A program made the translations under genes and the position numbers. Below are positions 1-10,900 of a stretch of 42,891 nucleotides of DNA, in pieces. How positions within the stretch are numbered: position 1 is the first letter of the stretch; each line of letters starts with the position of its first letter. The stretch covers positions 1-42,891 of the forward strand of contig JAUCBJ010001680.1 of the NCBI GenBank assembly GCA_032718475.1. Reading direction: 5' to 3'. The DNA comes from Nemertoderma westbladi. Taxonomy: Eukaryota; Animalia; Xenacoelomorpha. A model generated the notes under the pieces. It had not been told where the DNA came from. It made no database searches and saw nothing but the letters and a program-made list of their open reading frames with translations.

Positions 1-2
1 GG

Positions 3-236
3 TTGGATAGAGTACCCGCTGTAATGTTCGATATTAAGGACAGCGCTGGAGCTATAATAAAGGGCTCATTTTATTCTCACGAACTCCAAAAGGTCCACCC
101 GAATAGTAATATTTATCTAGCAATTGACAAAAAAAATATTGGCAAACTTAAAGAACGTGTACGCAATGGGAAGAAAGAATATTTAGTCCGATTCATCGGA
201 TCCAAGAAACAGTCGTGGGTACAGCATATTCAATAA
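3..236 (+). CDS. C-terminal end of Polinton retroviral-like integrase with chromodomain-like tail (5' part off-window)
   Basis: IKGSFYSHELQKV followed by KKEYLVRFIG..KQSWV, the G-x-F-Y-x-x-E-L-Q plus chromo-like EYLV...SW pattern typical of Polinton integrases. Confidence 0.8.
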   Translation: MDRVPAVMFDIKDSAGAIIKGSFYSHELQKVHPNSNIYLAIDKKNIGKLKERVRNGKKEYLVRFIGSKKQSWVQHIQ

Positions 237-497
237 GCTTAGGTTTATACTGTATATTAATTCATTTTGGTCGCATATGACCGTAATTAATCAATATTAA
301 CTCGAATGATATTACTATATCTATAGTTCATCCGTTTTAAATAAAGCCAATAAAGCCAGTAAAATATTGATCCCTCGCATATACTGTAGAAGATGCGTGA
401 CAATGAACGTGGTCACAGATGTCTATAATTTAACATTATACTGTACTGTATGTACAATGGAGTCAAGTAGAGAGAGCGAGCTTAAATAATAATAATA

Positions 498-1370
498 ATG
501 GCCACAGATACATATATCACTCTACTTTCAGATAGCTCATTAAACACTTACCCCAATAATAATCCTAGCTAGTTTACTGTTGATTTAGCCGAAGAATTAT
601 ATATTGGTCCAAACGCTAAAATTGGGCTTGCCGAGCTTCAATACCAAGCAACATACAGTAATATTACGCTGCAAACTCAAATCTCGCTGTCAATCGGGGT
701 AGATGCAAAAGATGCCAAATTATATAGTTTATTTCCTGGTATGCATAACTCTATTCAAGTCATTATTGATGATATAAATAAACTGTTTAATTCTGAAGCG
801 AAATATAGAGATTTCGAATACATTTTTAATACAAATAATTCTAGAATTAAATTTAAATTTCCTAAAAAGTTGAAAAAAATACAATTAAGTCTACGTGGTG
901 ATTTAATACAAATTCTAGGCTTAAAACCGTTATTGGATCGGAATCATCCGGATATTCCGAATTGGGATATATACAGTACCACTACAGTAGATGAATTAAG
1001 CAATATAGAACAGCCAATATTAATTTTAAATTATAGCGGGCCAAAAATTTCGGAAATTGGCATTTTAGATTTTCCAGCTCCCACGAATATAACACGTAAT
1101 AAAGACACTATCTTTATATACACAGATATTATTAAGAGCTCATTTGTTGGCGACGCTTTAGCTCCGCTCTTAAGAACCTGCCCTTTAACGCAATTAAATC
1201 GAAAATATATTAATCACGAATACGAGAGCATTTGCTATTACCCGTTGTTGAATAAAAAACTAAAAACAATCTTAATTACTTTACGTGACGGACAAGGCGA
1301 ATTAATTAACTTCAGCGGAGGTCGCACTGTTATAACACTTAAGTTAATACGGGGTGGCAGTGATGGATGA
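498..1370 (+). pseudogene. Minor capsid (penton)-like gene 1 with one premature stop (TAG 570-572)
   Basis: ATG at 498 gives MATDTYITLLSDSSLNTYPNNNPS*FTVDL..IGLAEL, in frame with ORF 741..1370, which has FIYTDII..VGD..APLLR..YYPL..ITLRDGQGELINF..TVITL; same N- and C-terminal motifs as the next gene. Confidence 0.82.
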
Positions 1371-2208
1371 ATTCTACGTAAGACTACCGAGTAACTCCTG
1401 TCCAATTGATTTTCCCCGCAATAGCGCTAGTAATTATCAGATAAATTTCCATGGCGCCTTACCTATAAACCCAAACGAAAACTGGGTGGTAGGTATAAAG
1501 AGTATATTTTACTTAGCTACATTGCCGTCCATGTATAACAATGTAGAGAATGTTATTTTATTAAAAAAAGGAAAAAAAAATTTTGAGGATACACTTCCAT
1601 CCGGTTTGTTCTACAGTATCAATGACATTATAGATTATTTTAACACGGGGGCGTTGAAAGATAAATTACAAATAGTTGAAAATACTCAGCAAAATAGGTT
1701 GCAATTTATTTTAGGGAAAACTGTGCGAGAGTTATTTATAGGTCAACAATTAGCCTATTATTTTGGAATTACTGAAAATAATCTCGGCGCGAATTTAAAT
1801 CCAAATTTTAAAATTATTTTGAAGACGAAAAATAATATAAAGGGTTATTTAATAAAGGTTATCGGAAATGGAGAAAAAGCTTACCAGATGGTATTTTTAT
1901 GCCCTCAACCACCCAATTCTATTCCAGAACCTAAGTCGAACATGTACGTGACTACTAATATAATTGAAAATCAATATATTAACGATTTTGGTTTAGCTTT
2001 ACTTCGTCGTGTTGCGATACCTGATGATGTGAAATATGGTAGCGTAATAAATAAAGAATTTGTCAAGGATACAATTCATTATATCCCTGTAAAAAAATCA
2101 TATAAGATAACATACATTCATATTGAAATAACAGACAAAGAAGGAAAAGATTTGAATTTTGAATACGGGACAACATCTATTACATTACACTTTAAACGTA
2201 TAAATTAA
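1363..2208 (+). CDS. Minor capsid (penton)-like gene 2
   Basis: FYVRLPSNS..FPRNSASNY..WVVGI N-terminus and MYVTTNII..LLRRV..YIPV..IEITDKEG..NFEYG..ITLHFKR C-terminus; likely ATG at 1363 (ORF track starts at GTG 1354). Confidence 0.85.
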   Translation: MDEFYVRLPSNSCPIDFPRNSASNYQINFHGALPINPNENWVVGIKSIFYLATLPSMYNNVENVILLKKGKKNFEDTLPSGLFYSINDIIDYFNTGALKDKLQIVENTQQNRLQFILGKTVRELFIGQQLAYYFGITENNLGANLNPNFKIILKTKNNIKGYLIKVIGNGEKAYQMVFLCPQPPNSIPEPKSNMYVTTNIIENQYINDFGLALLRRVAIPDDVKYGSVINKEFVKDTIHYIPVKKSYKITYIHIEITDKEGKDLNFEYGTTSITLHFKRIN

Positions 2209-2209
2209 A

Positions 2210-2773
2210 ATGGATTCTGATTTATTTCAAAGATACAGTAAACCTCAATATGGTGGTTCAGACTCTAATCTTGCTGTTTTTAAACGTGGTAGAAGTACCA
2301 GAGGTTCGACGCAAGTTCCTGTTTTTCGAGGTGGTTCATATATTGACCCTTACGGTCAACAAATTGGCACATTTGGTCCAAACTTAAAACAACGTCGTTT
2401 TCAGCGTTATCGTAGAGGTATGCAGGCAAATCAACACGGAGAAGGTATATTTACAGACGCTTTATCGACATTGAAAAAATTTGGTAAGCCATTAGCTAAA
2501 AAAGTTTTACAGAAAGCTTTACCATTTACCACAAAATTTATGAGACAACACGTAATACCAAAAGGTAAGCGGGTCTTACATAAGCAGGCTAATACGGTTA
2601 TTAATAAAGCATTAAATAAAATGAAACTGTCAACAAGGTCAGTTGTAGAAAAAGTTTATAGAGATTTAAAGCGACCCGCTAGACCAATGTCTATGAACAT
2701 ACATCATCGACGTAGTAATAAAAATAAAAAAATAAAGGGCAAACTGAAACACTGCGAAAAAAGTATTTTTTAA
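2210..2773 (+). CDS. Basic Arg/Lys-rich virion core-like protein with candidate adenain cleavage sites
   Basis: QYGG, FRGG and QHGEGIF motifs followed by an amphipathic basic helix; position between penton and major capsid as in Polinton structural modules. Confidence 0.65.
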   Translation: MDSDLFQRYSKPQYGGSDSNLAVFKRGRSTRGSTQVPVFRGGSYIDPYGQQIGTFGPNLKQRRFQRYRRGMQANQHGEGIFTDALSTLKKFGKPLAKKVLQKALPFTTKFMRQHVIPKGKRVLHKQANTVINKALNKMKLSTRSVVEKVYRDLKRPARPMSMNIHHRRSNKNKKIKGKLKHCEKSIF

Positions 2774-2775
2774 TA

Positions 2776-4035
2776 ATGTCAATTATTAAGGAATTAGATT
2801 TATTTTCTACACAGCCAATACAGACTGAATTTAAAGCAAAGCATTATGAAACAATTTACCCCGTATCTAATCTCAGAAGTGAATCTAGGGAGGTCAGGTT
2901 CCTTGTACCGAGATCCAATGAATTCTATACGAAACTGCAAGACGCGTTATTAATTACAAAATGTACTGTACGCTGGGATAGACGACTTGAAAACTCCCAT
3001 ATTTATATGCTGAATTACCCCGCTGAAACTATGTGGAGTGATATTAAAATAGACCTTAATGAGAAGCAGGTTGAAAATAGCAATAACCATTATTTCTACA
3101 AGTCGTACTTATCCAATTTATTATTTACAACTTACGAGGATAAAAATGGGCTACTGGGTGCGGGTGGCTTTCATCAGCCTTTATCCGAACACGGAAATGA
3201 AATTGATCCCGGCGCGCATCCTATTGCCGATGCATTTAGTAAACAAATGCAATTTGTAAGTGGATTGACAATTTATTTTGATACTGAAACTAAAATAATA
3301 CAACCCGGGTATGATTTAAGAATGCATTTTAGAAAAGTATCAAATTCGTTTATTTTTAAAATCACTCCAAACGCAAACGCTGTGACAAATCTTCGGTTAG
3401 AATTAGATGAAATAAAGATTCTAATCCCTAGAATGGAGGTTAATCCAGTAATAGAAATCAGTCACCTAAAAGGTTTAGAGAGTTACGATATTGAATATCA
3501 ATTCCAAAAAAAGGAGGTGACAACATTTACTATTCCCACTCAAACCACAAATTACACCCAAACAAACATATTTGATGGTAAAAAACCCAAATTAGTTATT
3601 ATTGGCTTCATAACAAATAATGCTTATTCGGGAGAATTAATTAGCAATCCCTTGAAATTTGAACATTTTAACCTTAGACGCGTGGAACTGATTGTAGACG
3701 GTCTTCCAGTAGGGGGTGTAATATACGAGCCTAATTTTACAGATGGAACATATATTTTTGAGTATACTCAATTAATGAAGAACATTAATACATATATTAA
3801 CGGTTATGGAGGTAATAATATAGACCATGAAACCTACTTAGGTAATTGCCCCATCCTATCCTGGGACCTAACCGCCGACGGCTATGTTAGAGATCCGCAA
3901 CCGTCGATATATACTAACGGCCAATTAAAATTAAGATTTGCCGAACCGTTGGTTGAAACCATAAATGTAATCGTTTTTAATATTTATGATCAATCATTAA
4001 GTTTAAATAGCAGGAAAGAAATACATATCGATTAA
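2776..4035 (+). CDS. Major capsid protein (double jelly-roll, Polinton PY/hexon-like)
   Basis: 419 aa; N-terminal ELDLF..P.QT, and PKLVIIGF..N.AYSG....NPLKFEHFNL, WDLTAD, LKLRFAEPL motifs characteristic of Polinton MCPs. Confidence 0.92.
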   Translation: MSIIKELDLFSTQPIQTEFKAKHYETIYPVSNLRSESREVRFLVPRSNEFYTKLQDALLITKCTVRWDRRLENSHIYMLNYPAETMWSDIKIDLNEKQVENSNNHYFYKSYLSNLLFTTYEDKNGLLGAGGFHQPLSEHGNEIDPGAHPIADAFSKQMQFVSGLTIYFDTETKIIQPGYDLRMHFRKVSNSFIFKITPNANAVTNLRLELDEIKILIPRMEVNPVIEISHLKGLESYDIEYQFQKKEVTTFTIPTQTTNYTQTNIFDGKKPKLVIIGFITNNAYSGELISNPLKFEHFNLRRVELIVDGLPVGGVIYEPNFTDGTYIFEYTQLMKNINTYINGYGGNNIDHETYLGNCPILSWDLTADGYVRDPQPSIYTNGQLKLRFAEPLVETINVIVFNIYDQSLSLNSRKEIHID

Positions 4036-4037
4036 GT

Positions 4038-4490
4038 ATGTTATCTACAGAGGACCTTGATATGTTTCCAGTGGGTGGTCACTATTTGGGCGCGTTTCCA
4101 GCTAATAAATTACCTAAATTAGATAATAATAAGCGGCAGGATTATGGCTTGATAGTAAATACTGATAAAGAGCATCTGCCCGGGATTCATTGGATCGCGA
4201 TATATATACGAGATAATGAGGCCGAAGTATTTGACTCGTTTGGACCAAAATATCCAAACAGATGCATCGAAAAATGGCTTGAGAAAAATTCCGCAAGGTG
4301 GCGTACTACTCGCAAACAATTTCAAGACCCAAGGAGGACCACATGCGGTCTGTATTGTCTGTATTATTTGGTAAATCGTATTCACACAATCTATCCAATG
4401 AGAGCGTTTACAAATAATGTGGAAATAAATGAAATAATATTATATAAATGGCTTGTTAATTATTATAAAATAAACCAACATGCGTTGTAA
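4038..4490 (+). CDS. Adenain-like cysteine protease (capsid maturation protease)
   Basis: VNTD..PGIHW (His), FDSFG (Asp), Q....TTCGLYC (Gln/Cys) catalytic motifs. Confidence 0.95.
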   Translation: MLSTEDLDMFPVGGHYLGAFPANKLPKLDNNKRQDYGLIVNTDKEHLPGIHWIAIYIRDNEAEVFDSFGPKYPNRCIEKWLEKNSARWRTTRKQFQDPRRTTCGLYCLYYLVNRIHTIYPMRAFTNNVEINEIILYKWLVNYYKINQHAL

Positions 4491-4525
4491 TTAATCATTT
4501 AGCTTGCTTTTGTTTATCAGATAAA

Positions 4526-5125
4526 ATGGATAATATTATTTTTGTTGATTTTCAATATTATAAGATAGACAATAAGGAGTATCCGGTAGTATTTAAAGAA
4601 TTTGCTATATACGATTCTAATTACACCAAAACTAATGTAAAGACGTTTTTAATTAAAGGCCCGTCTAATATTAAGTTATCAGCTTTAGATGCAGCTCACG
4701 TAAACAATTTACGGGATATGACTTCTCACTTGCCCTGGGACTACGGGGACATTTCTCAAGATGACTTTAAAAAATATATGAAGAGACATTTAAAATATAA
4801 AAAAAATATTCATGTATTTGGGTTGCTGAAGCAGGCAATATTAGTTTCCCAACTCGATGTTCTCGAGCCAAATTCGGTGGAGAAATTGGGAATATATAAG
4901 CAATATCACGATTATTTAACGCCTTGTCGATTTCACGACCGATTCACTACAGTAGAAAGTAAATGCGCGTTCCACTTAAACATAAGGGATAACTGTCTGC
5001 GATACTGCTCAGCAAAACGCGTTGGGGGGTATGAGGTGCTACATTTTTTCATGAGAAAGCGTTTAACTGCGACTGATGATGATGATAAACAGAAAGAAAT
5101 AACTGCGGTGGAAGATGTACTGTAG
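4526..5125 (+). CDS. Conserved Polinton accessory protein (derived DEDD-exonuclease-like fold suspected)
   Basis: FVDFQ..FKEFA..HLPWDYGD..VFGLLK..C.FH..CS pattern resembles a recurrent Maverick accessory ORF; followed by AATAAA near 5180. Confidence 0.55.
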   Translation: MDNIIFVDFQYYKIDNKEYPVVFKEFAIYDSNYTKTNVKTFLIKGPSNIKLSALDAAHVNNLRDMTSHLPWDYGDISQDDFKKYMKRHLKYKKNIHVFGLLKQAILVSQLDVLEPNSVEKLGIYKQYHDYLTPCRFHDRFTTVESKCAFHLNIRDNCLRYCSAKRVGGYEVLHFFMRKRLTATDDDDKQKEITAVEDVL

Positions 5126-5244
5126 GTTTACTCTAAGCATGTAATGTGATGGGATAATATAATTGTTTTAATGTCAATAAAAATAATAAAAACATTAAAA
5201 TCTATTTTTTATATCTCAGTTTGACTAAAGGTGTAGGGCTTAAG

Positions 5245-5247
<3 letters not shown>

Positions 5248-5314
<67 letters not shown>
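5248..5314. repeat. (CA)n microsatellite
   Basis: About 33 uninterrupted AC units. Confidence 0.98.
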
Positions 5315-5318
<4 letters not shown>

Positions 5319-6236
5319 CCACCCACCTACCGGTAGCCGGCGGTTGTATCAGAGTTTAACTACCAGTAGCTAGCTGATTTTACTACATATGCCAACAACG
5401 CTAAACTGTAGAACGGCAGAATGGCCCCAACAGCAACCACAGAGCTTTAGCGTTACCGGTACCGTACTTACTAATAATAAAATTAAATTAAGTCGACATG
5501 GGGTTCGTAAATGCAGCATTAGAGGAGGCCCACCTAAAAATAGGCCTACTGGTACCGGCGCGGTAGCACTCTTGTACCTGTATACTTGGATAGCGCAAGA
5601 GCATGCTGTTTTCTTTGATTTAAGGATTAGGCTATTACACTTGAATGCTTCCAATTTTCTGTTTACAACTTTAATTGGTCTAATCTACATTACTGCGTGC
5701 TACTGTTGCATAGGTAAGCCTATACAGCTATAGTTAACTTTATGCGGGGCCCTTTTTCGCATGTTGACCCAATATGGTTTACGGTTAACCTTTAGAACAC
5801 ACGGATAGGCACACATTCATTCGTTAGACATATAGGCCTAATGACAACGGTACTCCTCAACTGAAAGCCCTCCACCACATTGATACAATAGGTATGGTTA
5901 GGCATCGGTAGCGCTATAGGCCCTATAAAATCTCCTCGCACTCTGTTACTCTAGCTGATACAATAGGTGTGGTTTGAGGTATAACTATATAAAATCCACC
6001 ACATTCTCTGGTTACTAACATTCACTCTATGTTAACGATCCTATATAAAACATAGTTAGTTAGTTTATTTTATTTATTTATGCATCCGCTTTTTAAGTTA
6101 AATTACATATAATATAGACATACACAGACCGGTAACATTTAGGTCTACTTTACAGCTTTATAAATCCAGAAATGAGTATGAGTATGAGTGTACGGGTGTA
6201 CAGGTGTAGGCCTACTAGTTAGATAGCAGTATCCAT

Positions 6237-6647
6237 CTATGAAAAATGTTGATGATTACCGGTAGGCCTATTATTATTACAGGTAGGCGTTGCTAGTTTA
6301 ATTTCTTTCCAAATAGTCTCCATCGGTTCTGTTATAGTTGTAGCGGTCTCTGTTTCCCAATTCTCTTGTAGTGGTATTAATTCGTTTTGATTACCGGTAC
6401 TAACTTCTTCTTCTTCTTCCGTTCCTGGATTTATTCTTATGTTCAAAGTAAAGTTTTTTGTTGTTTCTAACTTTGTAACACCGTGTTCGTGATTGATGAT
6501 ATTGGTAAATCCGATTTCAAATTTTTTATTAATGTATCTGATTCCCAAATCGGATACGTTTGAGGATGACACAAAAGTATCCTCACTCTCAAAATCGAAC
6601 TTTATGCTGCTTTTCAACGACCGGTTGTTGATATAGGCGAAAGTCAT
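6237..6647 (-). CDS. Orphan Polinton ORF, 136 aa, acidic Thr/Glu-rich C-terminal half
   Basis: ATG-initiated open frame in AT-rich DNA, co-oriented with polB; TATA-like TATATATAAA just upstream and minus-strand AATAAA signals near 6065-6080. Confidence 0.45.
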   Translation of the reverse strand: MTFAYINNRSLKSSIKFDFESEDTFVSSSNVSDLGIRYINKKFEIGFTNIINHEHGVTKLETTKNFTLNIRINPGTEEEEEVSTGNQNELIPLQENWETETATTITEPMETIWKEIKLATPTCNNNRPTGNHQHFS

Positions 6648-7328
6648 CTTCTTGCTGTCTCAGGTTAGTTTATATATATACCGTAGTCTACTAAGGGTAA
6701 CAGACAGGGTGGATACAGTATATCGATATTTTATTTTGGTTAACAAAATTATAGTTCACTGTTAGAAAAATTGAGTTTATATATATTTTTGTAGAGGGTC
6801 GCAGATGTGTACATTACAAAATTCACATAGTTAACAAAATGCCGAACATAAACCTTTCCCATGAGGATTAGCGATATATGCTCTGTTCATTGTTCTATTC
6901 TGAATGTAGGGAGATGCATAGCGGATGTTTTAATGATATGTACCGGTATACAGACTAGTAACAGATAGGATGGCATCGTATTTGACTATGAATACCAGCA
7001 CATATCCCTAATCTTTTCTCACCGAGCTTAGCGTTGCCTGCTGTACACTCGCACACTCATAAGTAACAGATGCGCTATTGTGGTTCACACGTGAGCAACA
7101 ATGCCAAGTTAGCTAGCTAGCTAGCCGAGGCTGCTGAGTATACTATGCCTACTTGAGTGTTACAAGAAACAATCGCTCTACTGAAGTTAATTTCCCCCTC
7201 AAACTAGTTGTTGATTTTAAAAAAATATTCATAAATTTCTTCTCCCTTCAATTTAATAAATATATTTTACAGTAAAAATCTCTACCACCAAACAGCAACA
7301 ACAACAATAAATTTCACTCGTACCGGTA

Positions 7329-7910
7329 CTAATTATATTTTACATCAAAAACCCCCACACCAAACAATAATAAATTATTAACCAGCTTGTTGAAAATAGG
7401 ATAATATATATGAAATTTAAACGGGGAACACATTAATGTATATTTACCGGTGTAGAAACAGCAAACAACAACAATATTATTTATTATTACTTTACAGTTA
7501 TTGAATATTTCAGGGTCGTATGAAATTTCTAGTTTAACATTATCAAATATAACATAAAACCCGATATTATTTATAAGTAACCTATAAATTACAGTATCGA
7601 TACTAAAAATATAAGTACACAAATTGATTGATTTAAAAATCAAATTAATGTTTGTTTTTTCTAATATATGTTTTTTCACATTATTAAAATTATATTTTCT
7701 ACCGAGAATTGTTATTCGTCCATTTGTAAACATTAATATGGTTGCACCAAATACCTTATATATAAACTGATTAGGTTTGAGTACAATTTTACCATTCAAT
7801 TGCTTTTTTAATTCTTTTAAATTAAGTCCATAAATGATCTGCTTACAACTTATATTTTTATTTACTATTTGATAATTCATCATCAACACCGTCGTCTTTT
7901 GGTTCTTCAT
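7329..7910 (-). CDS. Divergent TATA-binding protein (TBP)-like protein
   Basis: Two TBP-like repeats: QIVN..LNLKEL..ATILMFTNGRITILG and SYDPEIFN..VCCFYTGKYTL, compared with TBP LQNIV..LDLKTI..TALIFSSGKMVCTG and SYEPELFP..LLIFVSGKVVL; length matches a TBP core; start may be the Met pair near 7883/7880. Confidence 0.75.
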   Translation of the reverse strand: MKNQKTTVLMMNYQIVNKNISCKQIIYGLNLKELKKQLNGKIVLKPNQFIYKVFGATILMFTNGRITILGRKYNFNNVKKHILEKTNINLIFKSINLCTYIFSIDTVIYRLLINNIGFYVIFDNVKLEISYDPEIFNNCKVIINNIVVVCCFYTGKYTLMCSPFKFHIYYPIFNKLVNNLLLFGVGVFDVKYN

Positions 7911-10900
7911 AAATTGGTATATTTGATATTTTTATAGGTTTTTTGAGGTTTGTTTTATAGTGCCCCCAAGGAAGCGATTGATTTTTATTAAGCCAATAAA
8001 GTTTATCATCAAAGCTACTGAGTGCAAATTTATTTTGCTTTAAGGTATAAATACGATGTAATTTAGATTGAAATCTGTGTATCTTTTTTTTTATTTCTTC
8101 ATTTGAGTTATATGCTTTTAAATATTCTTCATGTGTAATATTCGTTTCCACAACAGCTCTTGTAATACCTTTTGCTCTATAATAGTTTTAGAATATTTTT
8201 ATTATTCCATTCCAAAATTGAATATAATTTTGGTCTTAAAAATACTGCTTGTTTAATTTCACGTGAGGCTAGTTCGTCTTTACAGTAATAGAGTCTGGAT
8301 TTATTTTTATCACTGTAGAGTGGGTGATCCTTAGGGTAATTGGATGTATCTAAAATATTATTTTTAATTAATGCTTTTAAAAAATTATTCTGCGATGTAT
8401 TATAGTGACAACCTATCAATGAGTCAGTGTCTGATGCAGCAATTTCAATACGGCAGTTTAATTCTTTATCAATAGGTAGCAATTTATTGTAATACAGCTC
8501 ATACATATCCAATTTAGCCAAGTCCAACACAGTGCTACCAATAAATATAGGCTTATCGAGAGTTACAGAGTCTTTCACTAATAAATGTCCCGATAATGTA
8601 TTATTGTATATTATAAATTGTTCATGATTAATACGATTTACCAATTGATCGCATTTATCATTGCTATTTGCGATACGAAAGTTACATCGATCTCTTATCT
8701 TTTCTATTGATTTGCCAAACAGCGAATTATTGAGCAATTTCGCGACAGCTGTTTCAATATAACTTTTTGCCAGTCGCCTTTGATTAACCCTATTCAACCT
8801 GGGCTAATCTATCCGAGATTCAACCTGGGTGTTGGCGTTTTCTGCCAACAATTTTGAATACATTTTGAATGAGGTAGAAATGTTCAAAATTAGTTGCGTT
8901 TTCGCATGGAAACAGACACATATATGGAGCATATAGTGGATTTTAAATTAATGTAAAATATTATGGCTAACTATCCAATATTTAAATTATTAATTAGAGT
9001 GCACCATTCGAAAAATATATCATATAGTTTCAATGGAAAGAGTTGCTATTTGCCTATCTTTACCAAATTACTCCCTCCTCCTACCTTGTATGAGATGTGG
9101 GTTTAGTATATCATATTATAGTCTAGTAAAGGACAGATGGCGGGGGCTATTCTGTACACTACTACAAAGATTGGTAAATAATAGGAATAAAGTGGTCAGA
9201 CAATATTAGTTTGTCTGCAACAGCAACCTGGGAAGCCAGCCTAATTTGCTATTTTGCTGGAGGCAGTTTCAGACTCCTGGTGACTTAATTCAATACATCC
9301 TTAGATGAAAACTTGTCTGCAGATCTCAACCCAGTTTTCTATCCAGCTGTGTGTTTTGTATCTCAATTCCAGCATAAGGTAAACAAACACAATGCCTTAT
9401 CTACCTTCACTTATAATTTAATTCAATTCAATAATATCTCTCTGGCAGGTAAAACTGATTGAATAGTTTGGTATTTGATTGGATGCCAAGGCTAAGGCAT
9501 TGTCCAACCAGAATCACATTAATTAAGAAGTTAGGAATATTGTGACAGCACCAAGAATTATTTTTGTAAATTTGGATAAAATTCTTCACTTCCATTTGAC
9601 AAAATCTCATTTGCAAAAAAACTAAAAATCGCACAAAAAAATAAATCACACTAGGAGATTTACAAGTAAATTTTAGGAAAAGTCAATAAATTTCAAGTGA
9701 ATAGCCCTTAAATATATTCTCAAATTCGCAGCATTTTAAAATGTTGGCGGAAAACGCCAACACACAGGTTGGATAGGGTTAATATTAAAATCAATGTAAT
9801 TTTTAAATACAAATTCTTGTTGAAAAGAATATAATTTATGTAGTTTAGTAACAATTAATCCATGTTTTATATAAAATTTTAACAGTTTCAAATGTAAATG
9901 ATAAAACTCTTTATCAAATTGTGTCAGCATGAGTTTTGGTATAGACATTCTATATTTACGGGTGGTACCTCTTTGTATTGACAAGTTATTAAATTGTTCC
10001 CGCATATAAGGTGAAAGCATTGATTCATTTATACTTAAATGCTCGGGGGCTAACGGTAATTGTAATGTTTGATCGTGAATAGCCTTGGGATAATTTAAAT
10101 CACATATTAAAAAATATCCAGTAGATCCCTCAATGTCTAAATCTACCAAGTACTCGATTAGTTTTTCTGGAATTGCATTCTCTAAATGTTTAATACTTAC
10201 TTCTTTGAATTGTGAGGTGGGTAGTTTTTTACTTAAATTCCCAGAATATAAAGAGTTGAAATCAATATTAAAAATATGGCATTCTTCCTTAGTAGAATCA
10301 TATGTACTTGTACCTGGTATATTTGATTCTATATAATGTTTTCGACAAAATGAAACACCACCCCTAATTGATTTTTCAAAATCTCTATATGTCTGATAAT
10401 CCTTTATTAATTCTATTTTACATTTATTATATTTTAGCGCGCAATTATAGGTAAATGACGCGATACTACAGTAAAAAACCGCTTCTAAATCGTAATTTTG
10501 TTTACAAACATTCCTAAAATTCTCAAATATATCAGCAAGCAAACAAACATCGAGTTTTAAATAGGCTAAAAGATAATCTTTGAGATTCACACAGTCGAAT
10601 TCTACCCATGATATTCCCGCAAACCTATAATCTTCAATTGTGCATGTTTTTTGACTTAAGTTACTAAAAAAATTATTTATAGACGGTAAACCAGTATCAT
10701 TAAATTTATTAATATCTGTCAAGTACTCGTATGGAAATACTCCTTTCCGTTTAATTGTTGAGTTATTCAAGTTTGGATAAAAATATTTCATTTCTTGTAG
10801 AGTAATAGGTAAAATTGAGCTTATATCATGACTGGCTACATCTTTTGTTGAACACTCAACTAAATTACTTAAAGAAAAGCTTAAAAATTGATATGTGTCT

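Noticed and set aside
5370-5733. Overlapping ORFs 5389..5733 (+) and 5370..5654 (-)
   Set aside because: No recognisable motifs; region is full of ACCGGT/AGGCCT palindromes next to a microsatellite; likely chance frames
9428-9649. ORF inside the piggyBac-like element as a transposase remnant
   Set aside because: No DDD catalytic or C-terminal Cys-rich pattern recognisable
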